DNA of 64,000 bases, from NCBI GenBank assembly GCA_965215605.1, contig OZ244070.1:768001-832000 (forward strand). Reading direction: 5' to 3'. Below the pieces are notes generated by a model that saw only the letters and a list, made by a program, of their open reading frames with translations, searched no databases and was not told the origin of the DNA. Numbering within the stretch: position 1 is the first letter of the stretch; every line of letters starts with the position of its first letter. Source of the stretch: an uncultured Candidatus Binatia bacterium. Its GTDB lineage: Bacteria; Desulfobacterota; Binatia; UBA9968; JAJDTQ01. Position numbers and translations under genes: made by a program. Positions 1 to 9,328 of this stretch are shown piece by piece.

Positions 1-140
1 AGACGCAGGTTTCCTGACTCGGGTCGCCGCTCTCGATATAGTGGACCCTGGAGCCCTCGACCTCGAAGGTGCCGTCACGAAACCGCGACAGCAATTCCGT
101 CACCCGTTGCGTTGACATGCCCGATCACCGCGCCCGCGCT

Positions 141-1751
141 TCAGCGGCCGACCTCCGCGATGCCCATCTGGCTCAACTGGCGCCAGCCGGTGCTGCTGTC
201 CTCGAGCAGCCGGTCGGTCTCGTCGGGGCCGTCGGTAAAGGGATAGTAGTTGGGGAACCGGGGCGCCGGCAGCTTGTCCCAACCCGACAGGATCGCGTCG
301 GTGAAGCGCCACGCGTGGTCCACCTCGTCGGAACGGGTGAATAGCGAGGCGTCGCCGCGCATGGCGTCCAGCAGCAGCCGCTCGTAGGCTTCCGGGGAGC
401 GCTGCTCGAAGGCCTCGTATTCAAAATCCATGTTCACTTTCGCCAGGTTGATCTGCATCCCGGGACGCTTGCAGGCGAAGGACAGGCTGATGCCTTCCTT
501 GGGTTGGATCCGCAGGATCAGAACGTTGGCGCTGGCCGCGGCCATGGCGAGTCCGTCCGCCGTCCCCGAGTCGTGGAACAGGCGCAACGGCGGATGCCGG
601 AACTGCACCGCGATCTCCGACAGACGGTTGCGCAGGCGCTTGCCGGTGCGCAACAGGAACGGCACCCCGGCCCAGCGCCAGTTGTCGATCCTGGCCCGCA
701 GCGCTACGTAGCTCTCGGTGACCGACAGCTCCTCCACTCCTTCTTCCTGCCGGAAGCCCTTGACCACCTCCCCCTTGAGCTCGCCGAAACCGTACTGGCC
801 GCGCACCGTGTTTTCGGCCACCTCTTCCGGCGTGGCGTAGGGCACCAGCGCCCGCAGCAGCTTGACCTTCTCGTCGCGGATGGACACCGGCTCCACCGCC
901 GCCGGGGGCTCCATGGCGATGAGGCACAACAACTGGAGCATGTGGTTCTGCACGATGTCCCGCAGCGCCCCAGCCTTGTCGTAGAATGCCCCCCGGCGGC
1001 CCTCCATGCCCAGGGTCTCGGCCACCGTGATCTGGACGTTCTCCACGTACTTCTGGTTGAACATGGGCTCGAAAATGGCGTTGCCGAACCGGAAGCTCAG
1101 GATGTTCTGAACCGTTTCCTTTCCCAGGTAGTGGTCGATGCGATAGATCTGGCTCTCGTCGAGGATGCCGGTCACCTCTTCGTTCATCGCCCGGGCGCTC
1201 TCGAGATCGTGCCCGAACGGCTTCTCGATGATCACGTGGGACCATTGCTCCTCTTCGGGGCTCCGGATCAGTCCCGCGGCGTCGAGGTTCTGGATGATGG
1301 GCGTGAAGAATTCCGGGGCCACCGAGAGGTAGAAGAGCCGGTTCCCGGGAAGGTCCCGCTCGGCATCCAGCGCGTCCAGCCGGGCCTTGAGCTTCTGGAA
1401 GGACTCGATGTCGGTGTTGTTGCCCGGTTGGTAGTGCAGCGCGCTGAACAACGGGCTGCCGGCGTCGACGTCCGTGAAGTCCTGGCGCATCTCGCCGACC
1501 ATACGCTCCCGGTAGGCCTCGTCGGTCATCTCCGTGCGCGAGAAGCCCACCACGGCATAGCGTTCCGGCAGATAGCCTTCCTGCTCGAGGTGATACAGGG
1601 CGGGAATCAGCTTGCGCTTGCTCAGGTCGCCCGAGGCGCCGAAGATGACCACCGTCAACGGATCCCTGGCGCGAAACGAGCTGTCCGCCCGGCCGGAGCC
1701 CTTGCCGCCGCTTATACGCACCGAGGCATGTACGCCGTCGCCAGAATCCAT
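141..1751 (-). CDS. zwf: Glucose-6-phosphate 1-dehydrogenase
   Basis: [11 protein letters not shown] nucleotide-binding motif, [13 protein letters not shown] catalytic motif, RWAGVPF, EAYERLL; start placed at MDSGDG (uncertain). Confidence 0.97.
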   Translation of the reverse strand: MDSGDGVHASVRISGGKGSGRADSSFRARDPLTVVIFGASGDLSKRKLIPALYHLEQEGYLPERYAVVGFSRTEMTDEAYRERMVGEMRQDFTDVDAGSPLFSALHYQPGNNTDIESFQKLKARLDALDAERDLPGNRLFYLSVAPEFFTPIIQNLDAAGLIRSPEEEQWSHVIIEKPFGHDLESARAMNEEVTGILDESQIYRIDHYLGKETVQNILSFRFGNAIFEPMFNQKYVENVQITVAETLGMEGRRGAFYDKAGALRDIVQNHMLQLLCLIAMEPPAAVEPVSIRDEKVKLLRALVPYATPEEVAENTVRGQYGFGELKGEVVKGFRQEEGVEELSVTESYVALRARIDNWRWAGVPFLLRTGKRLRNRLSEIAVQFRHPPLRLFHDSGTADGLAMAAASANVLILRIQPKEGISLSFACKRPGMQINLAKVNMDFEYEAFEQRSPEAYERLLLDAMRGDASLFTRSDEVDHAWRFTDAILSGWDKLPAPRFPNYYPFTDGPDETDRLLEDSSTGWRQLSQMGIAEVGR

Positions 1752-1981
1752 CGTTCTCCCCCAAGAGACAAAGACATCGAAAACGTACAACTAGCGCGAA
1801 CCCCGGGCGTTGTCAAAAACGGCCCATGGAGCGGGAACACGTTCCCCATGGGAGGTCCCGCCGGTGCTCCCGCCGGGTCCCCCAGGGGAATTCCCGGCGC
1901 CTGTCATTGACACCGAATCGGCCCGAAGCTATCCTCTGCCACTGTCCCGTCCGGAGCGCGTTCACGTCCCGTCCTCACGCC

Positions 1982-2623
1982 ATGATCGAATTCGAAGGCC
2001 AAAGCATCCCCATGACCCTCGCGGAGGTCGCGGACCCCCGAAGGACCGTGCTGCTGGTGTGGGACATGCAGAACGATCAAGCCGGCAGCTCGTTCAACAA
2101 GGACGAGTTCCTGCGCGCGACGCCTCCCCTCATCGCCGCCGCCAAGGCTGCCGGCGTCCGGGTGGTCTACGCGTTCGCCACGCCCTACCCCTGGCGCGAC
2201 GAGGCGCCGGCCATGATCCGCCGCGCCATGAAAGACCAGGGCGTCGACCATCCGAGCCGGCTCGGGCCGCGCCGCACCCGCGGCAGCTTCGGCTGGCAGC
2301 TCATCGAGCCCTTCAAGCCCGCGGACGACGACGTCCTCATCGAAAAGCACCGCCCCACCATCTTCCTCGGAACCGAGTTCGAGCAGTTGCTGGGCAACTG
2401 GAACCGCGACACCGTGGTCGTGGTCGGCTGCCGCACGGACGCCGGCGTCGAGGGCAGCGTCCGGGACGGATACTACCGGGGCTGTTCCATGGTGGTGGTG
2501 CGGGACTGCGTGGGCACCAACCGGGAGGGCGCGCACCACGAGGCACTAAAGCGCATGGAGCGTTTCGCCGACGTGGTGGACTCCCGGGAGCTGCTCGACA
2601 TCTGGGGCGCGGGCTCCGGCTGA
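1982..2623 (+). CDS. Cysteine hydrolase (isochorismatase family)
   Basis: LLVWDMQND, IEKHRPTIF, VVVGCRTDAGV; the usual catalytic Cys position reads G. Confidence 0.85.
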   Translation: MIEFEGQSIPMTLAEVADPRRTVLLVWDMQNDQAGSSFNKDEFLRATPPLIAAAKAAGVRVVYAFATPYPWRDEAPAMIRRAMKDQGVDHPSRLGPRRTRGSFGWQLIEPFKPADDDVLIEKHRPTIFLGTEFEQLLGNWNRDTVVVVGCRTDAGVEGSVRDGYYRGCSMVVVRDCVGTNREGAHHEALKRMERFADVVDSRELLDIWGAGSG

Positions 2624-2627
2624 AGGC

Positions 2628-3602
2628 ATGCCAAGAACCCCGCCGACATACAGCGCCGCGCTGCTGCTCGCCGGGTGTCTCACCACCGCCGCATGGGGCG
2701 CAGCCTGGGAAGAAGTTTCCTGGAACGCTCCGGCCGGCGAACGAAAACAACCCCCGGGCGTCAACGCCATCGCCCTCCTCGACCGCGACAACGCCTTCCT
2801 CGGCACCAGTGACGGGCGGCTGCTCCACTGGGACGGCGAGCGTCTCAAACCCGTGGACCACCCGGCCAGGGTGAGTCCGAGGAAGTTCGTGGTGAACGCC
2901 GCCGACGACGTCTGGGTGTTCGGCGACGACGCCCTGTCGCTGCACTACGACGGAAAGGCGTGGACCCGGATAGAGAACCCCCTGTCCCGGCGCAAGCCGG
3001 CGGAGGGACGGTTGTGGGGCGCCGGCTGCGCGGCGCCGGACCGCTGCTTCGCCGGCACCCGGGACGGACGGCTGATCGAATGGGACGGCCGGAAGTGGCG
3101 CAACGCCCGGAGCCCGGTGGACAGGGAGCGCATCCACGCCATGCGGTTTTCGTCACGGCGCTCCGGCTGGATGGTGGGCGACGGTTTCTTCGCCCGCTGG
3201 AACGGCAAGGAATGGCGGAAGGCGGACATGGCCGATGTCCCCCGCATGTACGATCTCGCCGTCGTCGGCAACGACCGCGGCTGGGCCGTGGGAGACCACG
3301 GCGCCCTGTTCGCCTATGACGGCACCGCCTGGGAGCGGGTCGACGTGCCGGCGTCCGTCTTCCGCCTGAGAGCGGTGACGTGCGCTTCCCGCACCGAGTG
3401 CTGGGCCGTGGGGGAGGCCGGCGCTGTCTTCGGCTGGGACGGTGCGCGGTGGCGAAGGACGCGCCTGGGCACCACCGCGCGGCTGACGGCGGTGGCCATC
3501 GCGGAGGGGACGGCCCTGCTGGGAGGAGACCGCGGCACCCTGTTCCGGCGCGGACGGCCGGCGCGGACGGCGGAAACGGGCCGGTGGGCCGAGACGCCAT
3601 GA
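2628..3602 (+). CDS. Secreted beta-propeller repeat protein (WD40/YVTN-like, W-A-V-G / WDG repeats)
   Basis: N-terminal hydrophobic signal; repeated [HEAG][WY]DG..W and GWAVGD.G motifs. Confidence 0.7.
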   Translation: MPRTPPTYSAALLLAGCLTTAAWGAAWEEVSWNAPAGERKQPPGVNAIALLDRDNAFLGTSDGRLLHWDGERLKPVDHPARVSPRKFVVNAADDVWVFGDDALSLHYDGKAWTRIENPLSRRKPAEGRLWGAGCAAPDRCFAGTRDGRLIEWDGRKWRNARSPVDRERIHAMRFSSRRSGWMVGDGFFARWNGKEWRKADMADVPRMYDLAVVGNDRGWAVGDHGALFAYDGTAWERVDVPASVFRLRAVTCASRTECWAVGEAGAVFGWDGARWRRTRLGTTARLTAVAIAEGTALLGGDRGTLFRRGRPARTAETGRWAETP

Positions 3603-3919
3603 TCCGGTTCAGCTCACTCTTCTACCTCCTGCGGCTCGGTCCACGCCGGCTGCTGGGGCTGGTGCAGCACCTGCCCAGCTTCCTTCGGCTGTTCTGGCGT
3701 CTGTTCAAGGACCCGCGCGTCGGGTTCAAGCCCAAGCTGCTGGCGTTGAGCGTGTTCGCCTACCTGATCTTTCCGGCGGACCTCCTGCCCGACCTGCTCC
3801 CCGCCCTGGGACACTTCGACGATTTGTTGCTGATCTTCCTGGGGGCGAAGGGGTTCATCGCCCTTTGCCCAAAGGAGGTGGTGCGAGAGCACGTGCAGCA
3901 GATCGCCCAAGGCCGCTGA
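3599..3919 (+). CDS. YkvA/DUF1232 family membrane protein
   Basis: AYLIFPADLLPDLLPALGHFDDL matches the YkvA Y...P.D.IPD..P..G..DD signature; ATGA overlap with upstream stop. Confidence 0.88.
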   Translation: MIRFSSLFYLLRLGPRRLLGLVQHLPSFLRLFWRLFKDPRVGFKPKLLALSVFAYLIFPADLLPDLLPALGHFDDLLLIFLGAKGFIALCPKEVVREHVQQIAQGR

Positions 3920-4114
3920 CCAGACCGGCCCAAACCAGATGGGCGGCATCAACTCATCGCCGATCGAGAGGGGCAGTTCGCGGTCGACCTCGTTCAACCC
4001 CACCGACTCGTTTTCGAGCCCAATCATCAACCACTCCCGCGCAAGGACGACGGAGGAATCGACACGGAACGGGTGACCGCGATTACGATCCTGGAAGTGA
4101 TCGACTATCATTGA
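3920..4114 (+). pseudogene. C-terminal remnant of a HigB-like (plasmid maintenance killer) toxin
   Basis: Frame absent from the ORF track reads RHQLIADREGQFAVDLVQPHRLVFEPNHQPLPRKDDGGIDTERVTAITILEVIDYH*; no start codon; directly upstream of higA. Confidence 0.8.
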
Positions 4115-4128
4115 AGGAGGAGAGACAG

Positions 4129-4428
4129 ATGGCGACAGAAACCAGCCAATATCAGCCGGACTATGCGGTCCCGCCGGGATGGGTTCTTGAGGAGCGCCTG
4201 GAAGCACAGGGGATCTCGCAAGCCGAGTTCGCACGCAGATGCGGGCGGTCTGCCAAGCTGATCAGTGAGATCATCGCAGGCAAGGCGTCGCTTGAACCGG
4301 AAACCGCACTCCAATTCGAGAAGGTGCTGGGCGTCGATGCCAGCATCTGGCTGGGGATCGAGTCCGACTATCAGCTACACAGGGCTCGGGAGGCCGAGGC
4401 CAGGGAAGCGGCCGCTGCGGTGCGCTAG
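4129..4428 (+). CDS. higA: HigA-family antitoxin HTH, probably a truncated HigA-ImmA/IrrE fusion
   Basis: YQPDYAVPPGWVLEERLE...SQAEFARR...ETALQFEKVLG; RBS AAGGAGG; TAG followed by AKS suggests a TGG>TAG change in WAK. Confidence 0.8.
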   Translation: MATETSQYQPDYAVPPGWVLEERLEAQGISQAEFARRCGRSAKLISEIIAGKASLEPETALQFEKVLGVDASIWLGIESDYQLHRAREAEAREAAAAVR

Positions 4429-4569
4429 GCAAAGTCCGCAAAGCGCGCCCTCATCTCGGCTATCAGCTTCTCTGCCACCTCGTAGAGGCAAATCTGGTCC
4501 GTTCCGTGTGGTCGACCAATTTTGACAGTCTTGCTGCTGGTGCCGCCGCGTCTTTCAACCTGACACCGG

Positions 4570-4790
4570 TTGAAATCGGTATCGACAGTCAACAACGTCT
4601 CACTGTTTCCCCGCCATGCCGAAGGCCGGGGGACGTACAGCCTTGAAACCTGCTGGCGGACCGTCTGCGAAGACGCCGGACTCGGCCAACTGCGCCTGCA
4701 CGACCTCCGGCATACCGCCGCGAGTCATGCCGTCATGTCGGGCGAAAGCCTGTTGCTGGTCCTGACTCATGCGCACCTCGGGGCAATGTG
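4570..4790 (+). pseudogene. Tyrosine recombinase/integrase C-terminal fragment
   Basis: WRTVCEDAGLGQLRLHDLRHTAASHAVMSGESL (HxLRH box); no N-terminus, box II degenerate. Confidence 0.75.
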
Positions 4791-5037
4791 CCGGATTCTG
4801 CTTCAAACCCTCTATTACGCTCAGACCCCGTGTTCCTTGCGAGTCACGGCAGATGATTGATCCGTCATGGTTGCACGCCCTCAAGTCAGGCCGGTTATCC
4901 GTTTCTGGCAAGCCCTTGCGGACTCAACGACCTCCGCCCCAGCACAGGAGAGCATCGTACAGGCTCCGCAAGGACGCGGGAGGAGTCCGCCCCCCGCATT
5001 TCCCCGAGCGTTCCCTGTCCATTCATCGGCCCCGTCC

Positions 5038-6084
5038 TCATCGCGCCCCGTGCGCTTTCAGTGTCCGGATTACTTCCTGAAAAGGTTTGACGCTCTCCTC
5101 TGTCTCTTCCATCCCGAGTCGGGCCGCCTCCAGAGGAGTGGTTTTAACTCCGGCTCTCGCATTCACCTTCGCGCCAGCAGCGAGCAAGGCCTTCACCACT
5201 CCCGCTCGGCCTTTGTATGCGGCCCCGTGAAGGGGAGTCAATCCGCGTTTGTCCTTGGCGTTCACGTTCGCGCCTGCTGCGAGCAAGGCCTCCACCGCTC
5301 CCGCTTGACCACTAAGTGCCGCCCAAACCGCTCCTCCTTCGCCACCGCGTGCCGCCATGTGAAGGGGAGTCCTCCCTTTTTCGTCTTTGGCGTTCACGTC
5401 CGCGCCAGCAGCGAGCAAGGCCTTCACCGCTCCCGCTTGACCACTGAGTGCCGCCGCGTAAAGGGGAGTCACCCCATCTTTGTCCTTGGCGTTCACGTCC
5501 GCGCCTGCTGCTAGCAAAGCTGCGAAAAGGGCCTCCACCTCGTCCTCTTTGAGTGCCGCAAAAACGGCTCCCCCTTGGCCATGGCCATAGCGTACTACCG
5601 AGTGAAGGGGAGTCTCCCCATTGTTGTCCTTGGCGTTCACGTCCGCGCCTGCTGTGAGCAAGGCCTCCACCGCTCCCGCTTGGCCCTTGCGTGCCGCCAC
5701 GTGAAGGGGAGTCTCCCCATTGTAGTTGTCCTTGGCGTTCACGCCCGCGCCTGCTGTGAGCAAGGCCTCCACCGCTCCCGCTTGGCCAAAGAGTGCCGCC
5801 GAGTGAAGGGGAGTCCACCCTTCTTTGTCCTTGGCGTTCACGTCCGCGCCTGCTGCTAGCAAGGCCTTCACTGCTCCCTCTTGGCCAAAGAGTGCCGCGG
5901 CCGCCCAATGAAGAGGAGTCAACCCTGCTTTGTCCTTGGCGTTCACGTCCGCGCCTGCTGCGAGAAGCTCCCGGACGCGATGCTCGTCGCCCTGCCGCAC
6001 TGCGTCGTGGATCGGGGCCGCCATCAGGGCCGTTGGAGACCAAAGACACGCCAGCACAAGCACGATCACCAATCGTCGAATCAT
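5038..6084 (-). CDS. Secreted ankyrin-repeat protein (~9 repeats)
   Basis: Signal peptide MIRRLVIVLVLACLWSPTALMA; eight GA.VNA(K/R)...TPL linkers; ~99-bp DNA repeats. Confidence 0.93.
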   Translation of the reverse strand: MIRRLVIVLVLACLWSPTALMAAPIHDAVRQGDEHRVRELLAAGADVNAKDKAGLTPLHWAAAALFGQEGAVKALLAAGADVNAKDKEGWTPLHSAALFGQAGAVEALLTAGAGVNAKDNYNGETPLHVAARKGQAGAVEALLTAGADVNAKDNNGETPLHSVVRYGHGQGGAVFAALKEDEVEALFAALLAAGADVNAKDKDGVTPLYAAALSGQAGAVKALLAAGADVNAKDEKGRTPLHMAARGGEGGAVWAALSGQAGAVEALLAAGANVNAKDKRGLTPLHGAAYKGRAGVVKALLAAGAKVNARAGVKTTPLEAARLGMEETEESVKPFQEVIRTLKAHGAR

Positions 6085-6255
6085 CGCGTCTCCTCTGGAT
6101 TCAGATAAATCTGCTTCCCAGTCGCATCGACGGGCAAAGCCCGATGGAACCTTATGCAATGGCACGCGGCCATGGGTCAAGGAATCCGCCGGAGCGGCGC
6201 CTTCGAAGCGTTTCCTCCTCGCTGTGAATGTCCCGGCCCGTGCGCGTGTCCTCGC

Positions 6256-6449
6256 TGTAGCGGACAACTGAAAATGTCCCATTTGTGTCAATCGAAAATG
6301 TCCCACGTTGAAGATTGCCAGGAGGTGTACGTCGGGCCAGTCTGTTGGCAAAAGCCAACAGGAATGGAGCGGCGAACCGATGCACGGATGGGAGACAAGG
6401 ATGCTGTTAAGGCACTATCTGGAACGGGGTGTAACGAAGACGGAGCTTC
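6256..6449 (+). mobile_element. IS21-family left-end remnant with truncated istA
   Basis: Begins TGT, two internal copies of GAAAATGTCCCA, then ATG 6380 MHGWETRMLLRHYLERGVTKTEL cut off by the convergent higA. Confidence 0.75.
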
Positions 6450-6720
6450 TTCCCACCTTTATTGTCCGTTCCAGATGCCGCGACCGTGCGAGGTCGAAGG
6501 CCCACTGCATGGCGAGCCAGGTTTCGGGCGTGGAGCCAAATGCCTTCGACATGCGGTAGGCCATCTCAATCGAGACGGACGCCTTTTCGTTGACCAGATT
6601 GGAGAGAGTCTGACGTCCGATGCCGAGCCGCTTTGCGCCTTCGGTCACGGACAAACCCAGCGGTTTCAGGCAGTCTTCACGCACGATGGCGCCGGGATGT
6701 ACGGGATTGTTCATTGCCAC
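6415..6720 (-). CDS. higA: HigA-family antitoxin (orphan)
   Basis: MNNPVHPGAIVREDCLKPLGLSVTEGAKRLG...FGSTPETWLAMQ; RBS AGGAGG; C-terminal tail runs into IS21 DNA. Confidence 0.88.
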   Translation of the reverse strand: MAMNNPVHPGAIVREDCLKPLGLSVTEGAKRLGIGRQTLSNLVNEKASVSIEMAYRMSKAFGSTPETWLAMQWAFDLARSRHLERTIKVGRSSVFVTPRSR

Positions 6721-6747
6721 GGGGGCACCTCCTAACAGACCGTGGAA

Positions 6748-6772
6748 GGGCGGGTTTGGAACCCGCCCCTAC
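6748..6772 (-). repeat. GTAG-type REP element
   Basis: GTAGGGGCGGGTTCCAAACCCGCCC; identical copy at 13058-13082; its TAG is the stop of the aldo/keto reductase. Confidence 0.8.
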
Positions 6773-7767
6773 AGGTTGCCGAAATCGCTGTCCCAGGTCG
6801 CGCGCAGTGCCGTCATGGCCGTCTCCGGCAAGGGACCGGCTCCGGAGCACACCGCGGCCTCGTCGATCTGCGCGTTGTTGGAGAACCCCACGAGGACCGT
6901 GCTGACCTCCGGCTTCATGAGGGCGAAGCGGATCGCGGCCCGAGGAAGGGACTCGAGCCCGTGGTCCTGGAGAAAGGCGAGCTTGTGAGCGCGGGCGACG
7001 TCGCGCTCATAATCGGATCCCGCGGAAAGCGGATCGCGGCTGGTGCCACCGCCCGACTCGGGCGTCGGGCTCAGCACGCCGGCGGCCAACACGCGGATCA
7101 CCACCACCCCCATGCCCTTGGCGGCGGCCCGGTCGATGACGCGTCCGTAGTCCAGGGCGCTGAAACCCTGGGGCACGGCCCGTCCCGCGCTGGGGTTGAG
7201 GAGGTTGTAGTAGGCCTGGAAGGAATCGAACTCGCCGCTGTCCACCAGCGCGCCGATGGCCTCGACGTCGCCCAGGCCGGTGAAACCGAAGAACCCTGCC
7301 CGGCCTTGGTCGCGCAGCCGCTTGAACCCATCGATGACACCCCCCGGCCCCAGCACCTCGTCCGGGGTCATGCCGAAGCGCCCGGCCTCCCGCCGGTCGA
7401 CGAGCCGGGTGTGGAGTTGCATCAGGTCCACCGAGCCGCGGCCCAGGCGCGCTAGCCCCTGCTCCGCGTGGGAGACGGTCGCCGCGGCGATGTCCCCGAG
7501 CGCATCGGCTTCGAGCCGGACCTTGGTGGACACGACCACCTCCGCGCCGACCTCGTCCAGCACGCGCCCGAGGTTGGTCTCCGACGTGCCCTCCCCATAG
7601 GCTCTGGCGGTGTCGAAGTAGTTGATGCCCAGGTCCAGCGCCCGGCGTACCGCGCCGATCTGCTCCTCATGGCCGTCGCGGGTCATAAGGCCGCCGACAT
7701 TGCCGCAGCCGAAGCCGATCTCGGAGACTCGAAGGCCCGTCTTGCCAAGCATCCGGTACTGCATCAT
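6769..7767 (-). CDS. Aldo/keto reductase
   Basis: YRMLGKTGLRVSEIGFGC, GINYFDTARAYG.G.SE, STKV, DLMQLH. Confidence 0.93.
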   Translation of the reverse strand: MMQYRMLGKTGLRVSEIGFGCGNVGGLMTRDGHEEQIGAVRRALDLGINYFDTARAYGEGTSETNLGRVLDEVGAEVVVSTKVRLEADALGDIAAATVSHAEQGLARLGRGSVDLMQLHTRLVDRREAGRFGMTPDEVLGPGGVIDGFKRLRDQGRAGFFGFTGLGDVEAIGALVDSGEFDSFQAYYNLLNPSAGRAVPQGFSALDYGRVIDRAAAKGMGVVVIRVLAAGVLSPTPESGGGTSRDPLSAGSDYERDVARAHKLAFLQDHGLESLPRAAIRFALMKPEVSTVLVGFSNNAQIDEAAVCSGAGPLPETAMTALRATWDSDFGNL

Positions 7768-7801
7768 CGCCGCTCCTGCAGATTCTTCATGGTGAGTCGG
7801 G

Positions 7802-8176
7802 TCAACTCCGCGGCGCCAGGATCTGAAGCTGATGGCCGTCCGGGTCCCTGACATAGATGCACCGCGGGTCTCCCTTGCGCCCGGTGACCGCGATTCCCGC
7901 GGCCTCGAGCGACTCCTTCACCTCTTCGTAGCTGCCGGACTCCACCTGGAACGCGATGTGGTTGAGGTCGCGGCCGGTGCCGCCCGCCGTCTTGGGCCCC
8001 TCGAACAAAGCGAGCCGCTGCTGCCCGCAACGGAGAAAGATCTGGCCGGGGCGCTCGCGGGCCACCTCCATGCCCAGCAGACCCACGTAGAAACCTCTCG
8101 CCCGCGGGACGTCCTCCACGTGCACGACCACGTGGTCGATGCCGGTGGCCTTGATCCTGAGTGCAGGGTGATCCAT
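7802..8176 (-). CDS. VOC/glyoxalase family protein
   Basis: GIDHVVVHVED...FY..LLG, NHIAF, YVRDPDGHQLQI. Confidence 0.88.
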   Translation of the reverse strand: MDHPALRIKATGIDHVVVHVEDVPRARGFYVGLLGMEVARERPGQIFLRCGQQRLALFEGPKTAGGTGRDLNHIAFQVESGSYEEVKESLEAAGIAVTGRKGDPRCIYVRDPDGHQLQILAPRS

Positions 8177-8347
8177 ACCGTGGTCCTCCCTTCCGGCGGA
8201 AGTGTGGATCAACCGCCCGGCGGAATCAACCGGCCCGGGGGGTGCCGGCCGGCGGAGGCTGCTGGCCGGCGGAGGTCTCGTGAAACATGGTGGGGGGTCC
8301 GCGGTATATGCTAGTGTCCTGTCCCCAGCACTCACGATCGGAGGACG

Positions 8348-9313
8348 ATGGGCATGCCACTGGAGCTGACCATGATCTGTGCCCCCTACGACCGCGCCCG
8401 GGCGCTGATCGAGGGGGCAGTGACGCCGGAGGGCATCGACCTCCGGGTCCACGTGGACGACGACGACGTAAGCCGGCACTTCGACGGCCACGATGGCCAC
8501 TTCGACGTCGCCGAATTCTTCACCGGCCGCTACATCGTCGACCTGCCCTTCAGGACCCTGGGCTTCACCGCCATCCCGATCTTCGTGAAGCGCATGTTCC
8601 GGCACTCCTACATCTACGTCAACACCGGCGCCGGCATCGCCGAGCCCGCCGACCTGAACGGCAAACGCGTAGGCATCCAGAGTTGGTTCACCACCACCGC
8701 CCTGTGGGCCCGGGGCATCCTGGAGGAAGAATACGGCGTCGACCTGAAATCCATCAACTGGGTGGCGGGACGGCCTCCGGAGAACCCCCACGAGTGGGCG
8801 GCGCCGGACTGGCTCAAGCTGGAGGTGGTGGAAGGATACGACGAGCTGCGGGAGTTGCTCCGGGCCGGCGAGATCGACGCCATGATCACCACCGCCACTC
8901 TGGCCCCGGAGGACCGCCCGCGGGTGGACTTCCTGTTCCCGGACTACGCCCAACGGGAGCGCGAGTACTACCACAGGACCGGCTTCTTCCCCATCCAGCA
9001 CACTCTGTTGATCCGCACCTCGGTGCTGGACCGCCATCCCTGGGCGGCGCGGAGCCTGTTCGACGCCTGGCAGGAGTCGAAACAGCGCTGCTACCAGTGG
9101 CTCGAATGGCAGCGGGTCCACCAGACCGGCCTCTGGTACCGGGCCCTGTGGGAAGAGGAGCGCGCCGCCGCGGGCGAGGACCCCTATCGCTGGGGGTTCA
9201 GGGACACCCGGGCCGAGGTCGACAAGATGCTGGAGTACGCCCAGCGGCAGGGCCTCACCCGGGACCGGTTCGAGCCCGAGGACCTGTTTCACCCCAGCAC
9301 GCTGGACACGTAG
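8348..9313 (+). CDS. 4,5-dihydroxyphthalate decarboxylase-like / periplasmic-binding-fold protein
   Basis: YDRARALIEGAVTPEGIDL, FDVAEF, IPIFVKRMFRHSYIY, EREYY.RTGFFPIQH. Confidence 0.78.
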   Translation: MGMPLELTMICAPYDRARALIEGAVTPEGIDLRVHVDDDDVSRHFDGHDGHFDVAEFFTGRYIVDLPFRTLGFTAIPIFVKRMFRHSYIYVNTGAGIAEPADLNGKRVGIQSWFTTTALWARGILEEEYGVDLKSINWVAGRPPENPHEWAAPDWLKLEVVEGYDELRELLRAGEIDAMITTATLAPEDRPRVDFLFPDYAQREREYYHRTGFFPIQHTLLIRTSVLDRHPWAARSLFDAWQESKQRCYQWLEWQRVHQTGLWYRALWEEERAAAGEDPYRWGFRDTRAEVDKMLEYAQRQGLTRDRFEPEDLFHPSTLDT

Positions 9314-9328
9314 CGACCCGCCGCCGCG

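Noticed and set aside
3599-4114. Programmed stop read-through fusing YkvA to the toxin fragment
   Set aside because: An in-frame junction has a 1-in-3 chance after a deletion, and no recoding signal is evident.
5150-5970. Regularly spaced ~30-bp repeats as a CRISPR array or DGR template/variable repeats
   Set aside because: Period of ~99 bp in frame with ankyrin repeats, the intervening sequences resemble each other, and there is no reverse transcriptase or cas gene.
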